Below are positions 38,410 to 48,260 of a stretch of 64,000 nt of DNA, piece by piece; positions within the stretch are counted from its first letter, which is position 1, and every line of letters begins with the position of its first letter. The notes under the pieces are model-generated. The model searched no databases. It had not been told where the DNA came from and saw only the letters and a list, made by a program, of their open reading frames with translations. The translations under genes were made by a program, and so were the position numbers. Source of the stretch: Candidatus Bathyarchaeota archaeon (GTDB lineage Archaea > Thermoproteota > Bathyarchaeia > Bathyarchaeales > Bathycorpusculaceae); the NCBI GenBank assembly GCA_963733095.1, contig CAVTBV010000008.1:15341-79340 (forward strand). The letters are read 5' to 3'.

Positions 38410-38840
38410 TGAACAGACTGCTCAGGGGTAGTTTCTTCAGTGGCTGGTGTTGCCTTTTCTATTATGTCAACTGCGCGATTGGATACTTTTTGTACAAGGG
38501 TTAAGAGTTCTGTGTTAAATTGGATGTAGAGGCGCATCATGTCGCTGACAGAGTTGCTGACGAGTTCAGTCATTTCTTCATTGTTTAGTTTGCTCATACG
38601 TGAAGACACTTTGCTTAGTCTTTGAGCTGTCTGAACAGTGTTATTTACTGAAGCTTGGGTTAACTTGGTTAATTGGTCTTTGTATTCTGGATTGTTAAGC
38701 GTGGATGCGATTTGGTCTATGGCTTTCTGCACAGTCTTCGGGTTAGGCATAACTGTTTTAGGGTTTGCCTCAGCTGTGCTTTTGGCCCTTGTGCTTGTTT
38801 TTTTGGTTGTTTGATTGCTCACCGTTATCTCCTCTCTCAT
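38406..38840 (-). CDS. Helical hypothetical protein
   Basis: 144 aa, ATGA overlap with next gene; short NPKTV duplication. Confidence 0.7.
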   Translation of the reverse strand: MREEITVSNQTTKKTSTRAKSTAEANPKTVMPNPKTVQKAIDQIASTLNNPEYKDQLTKLTQASVNNTVQTAQRLSKVSSRMSKLNNEEMTELVSNSVSDMMRLYIQFNTELLTLVQKVSNRAVDIIEKATPATEETTPEQSVQ

Positions 38841-38857
38841 GTTATTGGTTAACGTAT

Positions 38858-39883
38858 TTATTTTTTCCGATGGATAAGGTAATCGGTCTGTTCAAGGAAG
38901 AAGTCTTTCCACCTCTTCTCAACCATCCAGTCACATTCATTCAGCAAAACGTCTCGGGCTTTACTGGCAAACTGCTTCGCAATTTTCACAGAGTACTCTA
39001 TGGCGTCATATTTCTGCATAAGACCTCTAACATATGCCACATCGGCATCTGTCTTAACTTCACGAGGTTTCCCTAGAATCTTTCGTACATGATCCTTCTC
39101 CTTGGCACCACATGAGCTAAGGGTATGTATTAGCATTAGAGTCCTTTTTCCTTCCAAGATGTCACCATCGATCTCTTTCCCGTAGAGGCTCTGTGAAGAA
39201 GTAAGGTTGAGTGTGTCGTCGGTTATCTGGAAGGCTATCCCAGTGAATAGAGCATACCTGGTGATGGCATCTAACTGTTCAGGACTCGCCACATCCAAAC
39301 CTATGATGATTCCCGCTCGGCAGGGTGTAATAATCGTATACCAACAAGTTTTATTCTCACAAATGCTGAAATAATCTTCAGGAGTCAAATCAACCCGGTT
39401 ATCCTTGACAAAGGTTAACTCCTTTATCTGCCCCTCAACACTTCGCCGGGCAGTCTCCTGTATCTCCATAATAATCTGCAGTGATTTACGCACGCCTATC
39501 GAGGACAAATTGTCTATAAGCGGAGACATTGCGAGAATTTTCACAGCATCCCCAGCGTTTGCTGCTAACGCAAGACCGTATTTTCTGTTTAATGTAAAGT
39601 CGCCACGTCGGTAGATTGACTGATCGACAATGTCATCTTTTATTAGGAAAGAATTATGCAAAAGCTCAATAGAAGTCGCTGTGTCAACAGCGTTATTGTA
39701 GTCGCCGCCCACTGAAGCCGCCGCCGCCAGACAAAAAAGAGGACGAATCCCTTTTCCAGGTCTAGTTGGATAGTCAGCCAAAAGATCGTAAGCTAACGTT
39801 TTGGACCCAAAATTATGTTTAAGGTAATACTGCATCCGAACGGCGACTTTTTTCTTCATCGCTGACAGGGTTATTTCGCTCAA
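38858..39883 (-). CDS. Polyprenyl diphosphate synthase family protein
   Basis: GKGIRP, ELLHNSFLIKDDIVD...RRG, GQ, NKT, FQITDDTLN, GKRT. Confidence 0.92.
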   Translation of the reverse strand: MSEITLSAMKKKVAVRMQYYLKHNFGSKTLAYDLLADYPTRPGKGIRPLFCLAAAASVGGDYNNAVDTATSIELLHNSFLIKDDIVDQSIYRRGDFTLNRKYGLALAANAGDAVKILAMSPLIDNLSSIGVRKSLQIIMEIQETARRSVEGQIKELTFVKDNRVDLTPEDYFSICENKTCWYTIITPCRAGIIIGLDVASPEQLDAITRYALFTGIAFQITDDTLNLTSSQSLYGKEIDGDILEGKRTLMLIHTLSSCGAKEKDHVRKILGKPREVKTDADVAYVRGLMQKYDAIEYSVKIAKQFASKARDVLLNECDWMVEKRWKDFFLEQTDYLIHRKK

Positions 39884-39965
39884 GCCTTGACCATCAGCCC
39901 CTAATACCCAGAAATCATAGATAACCTTTCTCTATTCAGTCTTAAGGGACCTTTCAAGCTCAAAG

Positions 39966-41441
39966 TTAGGTATGTGTTGCTTTCCGAGGGATTTGTGTAT
40001 AAATTGAGGAGATACCTGCGACATCGATTGCACTCGTTACTGATTTGATGGCCCAATCCAAGAGGGCGGAGGGATTCTGTGTCGCTTGGGCAGCTACCGC
40101 AAAACCTGTTTGGAGAGCATCCAAAGCAGATTTTGCCATGGCATTAGGATCCTGCACCATCTCAAGCAAGTTATTCAACCCCGTCGAAAACATTGCCTGC
40201 TCGATTGTTCCTTGAACCACTTCCAAGTTGGTCGCTTCGGTTTGAGTAATAGTTCCCATTAATATGCCCCCAACGATATCAGCATACCTTGGGTCTATTT
40301 GTGAACGTGCGGCCATGAGCTCCATTGAACGCAACCAAAGTGGGTTAAAACTTCGATTTCTAATCAATTGAACAATGAAACGTGCAAGCGACATCCCGTA
40401 CTGAAGTTCCCGCTCAACAATGTTCTGGTATGTAACCATGGCTTCTTTGGATAAATTATTGGCAATTAAAGAGGAGATGGCAACTTCAGAGGCCCATCTA
40501 CCACTAAGAAGTGCATATTGGATGCCCTCGCCATTTATCGGATTTACTAACCCAGCAGCGTCGCCGACAAGCATAACTCGGTCACTAACCAATGGCTGGC
40601 TTGGATTGTAGGTTGTTAATGTCCAGCCCCCAATTTTCCCCACCAATTTAGCATTCTTAAGTCTTTCACCCAATGCTGCATCAGTTTTGATGAGGTGGTT
40701 TAGAAGCTCCTTCAAGAGGTTGCCCGGGGGTATTGTGTCTAAGACAACCCCTACGCCTACGTTAGCTCGATTGCCACCGGTAGGAAAAAGCCAGGAGTAA
40801 CCAGGAAAACTCTCTTTATTGAAGTGCAAGTCAGCCTGATTTGACGGACCTTCAACACCCTCAAAGTATCCACGTATGGCAATGATTCTATCGGCACTAT
40901 ACACGGGCTGACCCCTCACGATTCTGGCTATAATTGAATTACTGCCATCCGCACCGATCAACAGACGCGTCTTCAAAGTTTTTTTCCCATCAGACCCCTC
41001 CACATCCAACTCAACTCCTCCACGCTTTACCCGCACACCTACCGCTCTCAAGCCCTCCAAAAAAACAGCCCCTTCTCTACACGCCGAATCCAATACCAAC
41101 TTATCCAAGATAACGCGGGGAACTACGCGACCGTATCGAGGTAGTCCTTGGAGCTTAGGGACGACTCTGGAAACTAATTTGTTGCCATCTAGAAAAACCG
41201 CGGCTTTGCTTATCCGGTTTGCACTCTTAAATTCAGGAGTACGAGTGACACCCAGTCGAGCAAGCTCAATCTGTGAAACCGGACTAACAAAGTCGCCGCA
41301 GATTTTATCGCGGGGAAATTTACATCTATCGATCAGAATTACGTTATAACCAGCAATTGTAAGATAGCTGGCAGCAGCGGAACCTGCGGGTCCAGCGCCC
41401 ACCACTATCACGTCGCTGTCGTATTCTTTTTTGTTATTCAA
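39966..41441 (-). CDS. Geranylgeranyl reductase family flavoprotein with C-terminal helical extension
   Basis: VGAGPAG, PRDKICGD, GADG, GYSWLFP, LVGDAAG..NP..GEGI. Confidence 0.92.
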   Translation of the reverse strand: MNNKKEYDSDVIVVGAGPAGSAAASYLTIAGYNVILIDRCKFPRDKICGDFVSPVSQIELARLGVTRTPEFKSANRISKAAVFLDGNKLVSRVVPKLQGLPRYGRVVPRVILDKLVLDSACREGAVFLEGLRAVGVRVKRGGVELDVEGSDGKKTLKTRLLIGADGSNSIIARIVRGQPVYSADRIIAIRGYFEGVEGPSNQADLHFNKESFPGYSWLFPTGGNRANVGVGVVLDTIPPGNLLKELLNHLIKTDAALGERLKNAKLVGKIGGWTLTTYNPSQPLVSDRVMLVGDAAGLVNPINGEGIQYALLSGRWASEVAISSLIANNLSKEAMVTYQNIVERELQYGMSLARFIVQLIRNRSFNPLWLRSMELMAARSQIDPRYADIVGGILMGTITQTEATNLEVVQGTIEQAMFSTGLNNLLEMVQDPNAMAKSALDALQTGFAVAAQATQNPSALLDWAIKSVTSAIDVAGISSIYTQIPRKATHT

Positions 41442-41885
41442 TGAAATGATTAGTCACTCCTGACAAGATGAAAGAGAATATTGGCTTTATTAAGTGGCTG
41501 CGGGCTTTGGCAAGCAAAGCCACTTTAATCTCCTGTTCCATCGTGTTAGCTATGACTCATTAGACGGGATCTTGTTAATAACTTTGCTTTGACCCCACAA
41601 ACGCCCTAAAGGAGAAGAAATAGTGAATTGTCCGCCAAGCTAGTTTTTGTCACTGGCAACAGACCATTTCTTGACTTCCGAACTTTTCATTTTCAACCAA
41701 CTATTTGCCCTTCACCAGGTTTCATCATTCAAAAAAGAGGCGAAGAGGTTAACTTTAGATTAATCATGCAGAATTGTGCAAGGAATTTTAAATTTCTTAA
41801 CGTTGGTTTTTTTGGAGCTGACGAGAAATTCCTCAATAGTGCAAAATACCTTTGATGTATATTTGAAGAGAGCTGACAAGGGTAG

Positions 41886-43022
41886 TTAGGAGCTTAATTC
41901 TTGAATTTCGTATTCTTTAACTTCCCTAGTTTTTGTGTTAACCTGTACTTTTGCCAGTTTATCTTGAAGACTCAGCTCAACCATAAAGGAGTCACCTTCG
42001 GGGGACACTTTTAGGGGTTGTATCTTATTTTTGATGCCTAAACGCTTCATTGAGTCGACCGCCAACAAAATTGCTTTTTCAACATCAAACATTGAGTCTG
42101 TTTCTGGAATTGAAGGCGGATTTGTTTCTGCTTCCAAGTTGTTGGTTTGGCTTAAATTGGCTACAGGTTTTTCTGTATCAAGCAGGTCATTAACTAAAGT
42201 TTCTTTTTTGTAATTTTCCTTGAAAAATTTTGATTTCAAGTTAAAAAAAGTTTTTTGGTCTTCGTTTTTTGTTTTCACTTTTTTTTCTGAAACTTCAGTA
42301 AAGTTAGCTATCGTTAATCTGCCCGTGATGCCGTCAATTAATGTGGTTACGATTTTTGACTCTTTAACATTTCGAAAAGAAAGCTCATAAACTGGACTAT
42401 AAATTATCAGGCGATCGGTTATTTCAAAAATTTCTCTCACTATTACGTCTGCGTCTGATGGACGCTTCACTATTTTGGATCTAATAAAATCTATTTCTTC
42501 ATCCAAAGAGATGCAGGGTTTTCTATGATCAATATCGAAATTTTCATGATTTTCAGCCTCAGCCTCAAAAGGCCCCATTGATATTTTTTCTGGTGCAACT
42601 TCTCGAAACAGCCTATCCATTACAAAATAGGTTTCATTCTCATAATGGGAATGCTCCTCACCTATGAGTCTTAATACTTTAGATCCCGTTCCGTCGCTTG
42701 AGGGTTCAAATCTAAACGGTGCTCCACCAACAAAAACTTTTTCCACTTTACTGTCCGCTTTGAGCTCAAATACATGTTTCTTGCAATAATCAATCGAGTA
42801 TTTTCCGCCAATTACTATGAAGGGTTCATAGTATTTGGAAAAACCTACAAGTGAAATGTCTTCAACTCTCGACTTCAAAAATCCTCGATTAGCGAAAAGA
42901 CTAGCTTTTTGGGTTTCTCCGACCTGTCTCGCTCTATTTGGGTCTAGGCGAGCTTTTAGAATAGCAGTCTTTCTGTCGACTACTTTCTGAGGGAGGGCTT
43001 CGCTATTTTCCATCGATTTCAC
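41886..43022 (-). CDS. Hypothetical protein
   Basis: 378-aa ORF; YYEPF and IYSPVY...IDGITG pattern, C-terminal PepSY-like region. Confidence 0.7.
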   Translation of the reverse strand: MKSMENSEALPQKVVDRKTAILKARLDPNRARQVGETQKASLFANRGFLKSRVEDISLVGFSKYYEPFIVIGGKYSIDYCKKHVFELKADSKVEKVFVGGAPFRFEPSSDGTGSKVLRLIGEEHSHYENETYFVMDRLFREVAPEKISMGPFEAEAENHENFDIDHRKPCISLDEEIDFIRSKIVKRPSDADVIVREIFEITDRLIIYSPVYELSFRNVKESKIVTTLIDGITGRLTIANFTEVSEKKVKTKNEDQKTFFNLKSKFFKENYKKETLVNDLLDTEKPVANLSQTNNLEAETNPPSIPETDSMFDVEKAILLAVDSMKRLGIKNKIQPLKVSPEGDSFMVELSLQDKLAKVQVNTKTREVKEYEIQELSS

Positions 43023-43205
43023 TTGTTTCTTGCTGCTTAAACTTTAGCTTTTATTAATTGAACCCGATATTTTTCTTGACTTTATGTTGCTGCTTATTTG
43101 CTAAACAGGAACCCTGAACGGGTTTTTTGAATATCTTTAAAACTAAAAATGTTGGGAGTTTGTGTTTGGGAAGCTACGGGACCCTTTTTATTTTTTTAGT
43201 TTTTT

Positions 43206-43529
43206 TTAAATCTCTAAAGGGCGCTTCTGTTCTTCGGAAGTTTTCCCGTTGCCGTTTCCATTTTTGAGTCCGTTTCCATGTGGGAATGTTGGCAAAGTGT
43301 ATACGTCTGTTACGCCGTTAAGTCCCTTCATCTTTTTCTGGACAAAATCGACGGCTTGGCCACTTTCTTCAGCGTTTATCCACATTCCTACGTCCCAGGA
43401 GCCAAAAATGTTCATGCTGTAGAGCAGGTCTACTCCTGATACTGGTTTGTCGTCCATGGTTCTTATTGCGCCTAAGGTTTCCATTAGTTTTGTTGGGTTT
43501 AGTTTCAATAGGACTAAATATTCTGGCAT
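43206..43529 (-). CDS. Lrp/AsnC ligand-binding (RAM) or GYD-like domain protein
   Basis: IFGSWDV and GVTDVYTL ferredoxin-like pattern; GGAGG SD. Confidence 0.65.
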   Translation of the reverse strand: MPEYLVLLKLNPTKLMETLGAIRTMDDKPVSGVDLLYSMNIFGSWDVGMWINAEESGQAVDFVQKKMKGLNGVTDVYTLPTFPHGNGLKNGNGNGKTSEEQKRPLEI

Positions 43530-43725
43530 ATTTCTTTTACCTCCAATTTTTTATTTAAAAAAAAGATATACACTGAGCATATTAACTCTTACGAATCGAT
43601 AATATGTATTTGTTCTAAGACCACAAAAAAACTAACAAAAAGCAAATCTCAAAAATAAGGCCAAACAAAACAAATCAAAAGATATAAAAACTTATTTAAA
43701 TTTTAAATCAAAAGATCAGTTAGAA

Positions 43726-44319
43726 TTATAAAGAATACCACTTCTTGATTTCTTTTACGCTATCCTCGGATTTGTTGTATTCCTGCAACATACATTCTAT
43801 TGATTTAGAACATACAAAACAGGTTACAGGCACCCCTTCAGATTTATCTCTCTGACTAAGATAGCCAAAAAAATACAAACATTCAGAGTCGGACGATTGC
43901 GTTTGCTTCTCAGGTACATCCTGTGAGTTTTGTAAATTGTAATCGCTGTCTAAAGTATCGAGGACTTCAATTGGAGCCGGCATCATTTTTTCGGGTTCCT
44001 CGTCCACTTCAAGCTTCTCCGCAGAAACCAATTCATCATTGATTGGTGCCGGGTCGCTTTGAGGAAGTTCTACTGCCTGCGGATCCGAGACAATTTCTTG
44101 TTTGTTCCCTTTTAGCCGTCTCGTTTGCTTTTTTTTCTGCACAGCCGTTTCTTGAGTAGGTGAGTGAAAACCGTAAGAATCTTCGTCAACCAATGTTTGA
44201 CAGCTAGGGCACACGTAATACTTAATTATTTTAGGTTTAGAGAAAACTTTGTTGCAATTAGGATTAGAACAGCAATATCGCTTAATCTTATTGCTTTTAC
44301 TTTGGTCAACTGGCTCCAT
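43726..44319 (-). CDS. Zinc-binding hypothetical protein
   Basis: CSNPNC...CPSC, acidic linker, CLYFFGYL...CFVC...C. Confidence 0.7.
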   Translation of the reverse strand: MEPVDQSKSNKIKRYCCSNPNCNKVFSKPKIIKYYVCPSCQTLVDEDSYGFHSPTQETAVQKKKQTRRLKGNKQEIVSDPQAVELPQSDPAPINDELVSAEKLEVDEEPEKMMPAPIEVLDTLDSDYNLQNSQDVPEKQTQSSDSECLYFFGYLSQRDKSEGVPVTCFVCSKSIECMLQEYNKSEDSVKEIKKWYSL

Positions 44320-44581
44320 AATATGTGCCTGGTCGGTACAGTTTCCTCTTTTAGCTCTAATTTATGGAACACGCAGAAAAAAAGGTTTCCGATTAACAAG
44401 ACTCCAAAAACCAAGATTAACTAACCCGCTAACCCCTCAGCTTCCTAATTTTCGGCAATCCAAGTCTACGTGACTCAAAGCGTTTTTTCAGGCTACGCAT
44501 TGGTTTGGGGTTGATTGTGGCAAAACCTTCTAATTTGAGTTTGATTTCCAGATAGAGAAAAAGCAGCAGCTACTATGGAGT

Positions 44582-47500
44582 TTGGTTACAGTGTCGAGAA
44601 ACCTTTTCGATTCCTTGAATAGATTTATTGTTAAGCGGCATCGCTTGATAATTATTGCGTGGGTTATTGCTCTTGTCGTTTCACTTAGCCTTGTGCCCAG
44701 TTTCTTCTCGTCGGTCTCCTACGACCTCGCGGGAGGTTTTAGTGCCCCTTCAAACAGTCAATCGGAGAAAGCCTCCAACATACTGCAAGCGCAGTTTCCA
44801 AACGCTTCCGATCAAAGCTCCAACAGCATCCTGCTTGTTGTTCAGGGAACAGAGCCATATTCTGGCGCTTTAAAAAAAGCCATAATTGACTTAAACCAAA
44901 CCATCAGTCAAGACCAGAGCATCGTGAATTTTACGGGCGAATCAAGCCTTTATTCCACCGAATATAGTTTACTTAATTCATCGATTCCAAGCATCCTTCC
45001 CCAAGTAGACGCCCTTGAAGCCAATATAAGCTCCATCAACGCCGGCGCATATTCTTTGGCGGCAAACTTGGCGTCGCTAAACACGAACTTGTTCCAGACA
45101 ATCGATGGAATCAACCAGACCGCTCAACTGGTGTTTGGGATTCCAGCGGCTTTTGCAGGTGCATACCAGGGGATAACTATCCAAGGAGTAACTGACCCAT
45201 ACATTGCAAACCTCCAAGCAAACGCAACTGCCTATCAAATCACAAATAATTTTGGAGGCGACCCAAACTCCATCGGGTACTACACCGCCTTCTTTAACGT
45301 CTGGAACTCCAGCTTTCTGAGCCTTCCAGCCAACGCAAGCTCTGTTGCTGACAGAGAAACTCTAGCTATTAACCAGTCAGTTGCTCTGTTTTTGAGCTCT
45401 CCACAGTTGGATGACCAAACTAAACAAATCGTAACCGCTGTCGTTTCGGGCTTGACAGTTTCAAATTGGAGCCAAAGCGATGCCATAACCAACCTATCTG
45501 ATGTAATAATAGCTGAAAACCTCCCCTTGGACCTATCAACTCAACTGGGCATCAACCCTCAAACTCTAATCAATCAACTCTATAAATTAGGAGCCACACC
45601 TTCCAACGCGACAATTTTAGATTATGCTGTGAATTTAACGATAAACACAATGGGAAACCTCACAGATGTAGATGTGGGTTTTTCGCCAACTCAACTGGTG
45701 AATGAAGCAATCAACTTGGGTTCATCACCGAGTTTCACACAAAAATGGACATTGGCTTCAGAGCTCATTGCGAACGCCACCCAAAGTGCATTTGCGGATT
45801 CTCCGCTTTTCTCAATCAACAGCCCAGCGCTGGCGAATCTGCTTTCAAACCTATCACAAAACTCCACAGCTGCTGATATTGATAGGGCAATCCAAAACGC
45901 AATCTCAACCCAAAGCTTCACCGACTATCCCTATCAACCAACCAGTGCAATAACCCAAAACTTTGTAGGCACCGACAACAGCACAATACTTGTTATTTTG
46001 GGGTTCTCCTCAACACCCGATGTTAACGCAATAGCTCAAGTAAAGTCAGCTGTAGAGAATTCAGCACTCCAAACACTCGGCACAACCTATGTTACGGGGT
46101 CGCCTGTTCTGGTTCGTGATATCGAAAACACATTCATACCGGCGCTGGAAATCACTGTTGGACCTGCCATTGCGGTTTCTCTTTTAATCGTTGGGATTCT
46201 ATTCTTTGCGCCCTTGGCTGCTATTATCCCTATAATTTTAGGTGGTGTTTCAACGGTTATTTCTCTTGCTTCAATCTATTTTGCTGTAGTTACGGTAGGT
46301 AAAAGCGAAATAACATTCCTTACACCCACACTTACCATACTGTTGCTTCTTGGACTGGCTGTTGACTACGCGGTTTTGCAGCTTAGAAGAACCAAAGAAG
46401 AGCGACAGCAAGGCAAGTCTATTGAAGAAAGCGTAGGGCTCTCCGTGCGTTGGGCTGGGCAGGCGGTGCTCACTGCAGGAATCACTGTTATCGTAGCTTA
46501 CATTGTTATGGCTGTGGTTAACGTGCCCATTTTCAGTGATGTGGGAACCGCCATCTCAATCAGCGTCACCATACTGCTCGCTGCCTCGCTCACCCTTCTA
46601 CCAGCCCTCGAAATCGCGTTGAAAGACAAAATCTTCTGGCCGGGACTGGGCAGAAACAAAAACGGCTCCAATTCACCTCGATTAAGAAACTTGGCAAAGA
46701 ACATATTGAAACGCAAAAAGGTAATAGCAGTTCTAATCAGTGTACTTGCCTTGGGTGCCTTCTACGTTGAATACACCATGCCTACAGGCTCGGATTTTCT
46801 AAAACTCATTCCAAACTTCCCCAGCAACCATGGCTTAACGGTTATTTCAAACAGTTTTGGAAGCGCATTCGTAAGCCCAACAACAATTGTTGTGACAACT
46901 CCGACACCAATCATCTACGGCGACAACCAGTTCAACATAACCCTCATGGACCAACTTGAAACAATCACCCAAACAGCCGCCAACTCGCCCGACGTCGTGA
47001 CCGTAACCAGCCCCACCCGACCGTTCGGATCCATTTTCAACTATGCAGGGCTCTCAAACATGTCTGAGACACTTCAACCCCAATACGAGAGCCAAATTTA
47101 CTCCATGATAGGGCAAGATAACCAAACCGTAAAGGTTACCGTCGGTCTCTCAGTGGAAGCTCAAAGCCAAGCAGCCATGACCGCTGTGCGTCAAGCACAG
47201 AAAAACGTTAACGCACTTCCATTAATCGATGGCGTCAGTGTTTCTTTTGCTGGGGAAACACAATCGTCCATCGACAGCCAAGCCTTCATGACGAATCTGC
47301 TTCCCCAAGTCGTTATAATCTTAGCAGCTGCCGTTTACGTAATCTTGTTTGTACAACTCCGATCTGCTTTCACACCTCTACGACTTATATTCACAATACT
47401 CTGCAGCGTCGCATTTGCTTTAGCTATACTTGCCGCAGTCTTCTACTACGGTAGCAACTTGCCAATCCTTGACTTTGCACCCCTCTTCGTGGTGGTAACA

Positions 47501-47854
47501 ATGCTTGGCGTCGGAATAGACTACGACATATTCTTTGTAACTCGGATCCGTGAAGAAGCCCTCAAAGGCAACTCAGACGACGAAGCCATAAAAACAGCTG
47601 TAGAAAAAGTCTGGGTAACCATTCTTGGATTAGGTTTGGTTCTCGCAACGGTCTTTGCATCACTGCTTATAACAGGGATAGCCATCCTTCAGGAAATCGC
47701 TTTAGCTGTATCAGCCGCAATAATAATCGATGTGTTAATCGTGATACTCTTCTTTGTGCCCTCACTAATGGGATTAGCTCAAAGACTAAACTGGTGGCCG
47801 CATAAAACCTCAAAGAACCCTCAAATGCAACAAGAAAACACAGAGAAATCCTAA
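44582..47854 (+). CDS. MMPL/RND family transporter with large extracellular insert
   Basis: Two RND halves with GLAVDY and GVGIDYDIF motifs; long Ser/Thr/Asn-rich loop. Confidence 0.92.
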   Translation: MVTVSRNLFDSLNRFIVKRHRLIIIAWVIALVVSLSLVPSFFSSVSYDLAGGFSAPSNSQSEKASNILQAQFPNASDQSSNSILLVVQGTEPYSGALKKAIIDLNQTISQDQSIVNFTGESSLYSTEYSLLNSSIPSILPQVDALEANISSINAGAYSLAANLASLNTNLFQTIDGINQTAQLVFGIPAAFAGAYQGITIQGVTDPYIANLQANATAYQITNNFGGDPNSIGYYTAFFNVWNSSFLSLPANASSVADRETLAINQSVALFLSSPQLDDQTKQIVTAVVSGLTVSNWSQSDAITNLSDVIIAENLPLDLSTQLGINPQTLINQLYKLGATPSNATILDYAVNLTINTMGNLTDVDVGFSPTQLVNEAINLGSSPSFTQKWTLASELIANATQSAFADSPLFSINSPALANLLSNLSQNSTAADIDRAIQNAISTQSFTDYPYQPTSAITQNFVGTDNSTILVILGFSSTPDVNAIAQVKSAVENSALQTLGTTYVTGSPVLVRDIENTFIPALEITVGPAIAVSLLIVGILFFAPLAAIIPIILGGVSTVISLASIYFAVVTVGKSEITFLTPTLTILLLLGLAVDYAVLQLRRTKEERQQGKSIEESVGLSVRWAGQAVLTAGITVIVAYIVMAVVNVPIFSDVGTAISISVTILLAASLTLLPALEIALKDKIFWPGLGRNKNGSNSPRLRNLAKNILKRKKVIAVLISVLALGAFYVEYTMPTGSDFLKLIPNFPSNHGLTVISNSFGSAFVSPTTIVVTTPTPIIYGDNQFNITLMDQLETITQTAANSPDVVTVTSPTRPFGSIFNYAGLSNMSETLQPQYESQIYSMIGQDNQTVKVTVGLSVEAQSQAAMTAVRQAQKNVNALPLIDGVSVSFAGETQSSIDSQAFMTNLLPQVVIILAAAVYVILFVQLRSAFTPLRLIFTILCSVAFALAILAAVFYYGSNLPILDFAPLFVVVTMLGVGIDYDIFFVTRIREEALKGNSDDEAIKTAVEKVWVTILGLGLVLATVFASLLITGIAILQEIALAVSAAIIIDVLIVILFFVPSLMGLAQRLNWWPHKTSKNPQMQQENTEKS

Positions 47855-47956
47855 AACCAAAACCTCTTTCTTTCACTTTTAAAAATGAAAATTACTTAGA
47901 AAAAGACGGATTAAAAAGAAATAAATTGTTTCTGTTACCAAATTGGGAGAGCTTGT

Positions 47957-48133
47957 TTAGGGAACAACTTCGGCGTCTGCACAGCCGCTAACCAGGTTTG
48001 TTATCCTGATCTTTACGTGTTCGTTGGCTTTGGCATTTTTAATGAACACTGGGAACCCTTTGATTTTGGCAACGCCCTCCCCGTTTGGACTCATATCAAT
48101 AATGTCCACTTCAAGTTCTTCTCCAATTTCCAT
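47957..48133 (-). CDS. Stand-alone TRAM-domain protein (58 aa), absent from ORF track
   Basis: MEIGEELEVDIIDMSPNGEGVAKIKGFPVFIKNAKANEHVKIRITNLVSGCADAEVVP. Confidence 0.8.
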   Translation of the reverse strand: MEIGEELEVDIIDMSPNGEGVAKIKGFPVFIKNAKANEHVKIRITNLVSGCADAEVVP

Positions 48134-48260
48134 GGGGTATGCTATGCCTCTTCCTCGGTTTTTAGCGTTTCTTGGGGCTCTTTTTTTAGGGCTAAAAGCG
48201 CATCATCCTCTTTTCAAAATTAGATACTATGTTCCTAAGCATAAGGGTTTTGTTATACAA

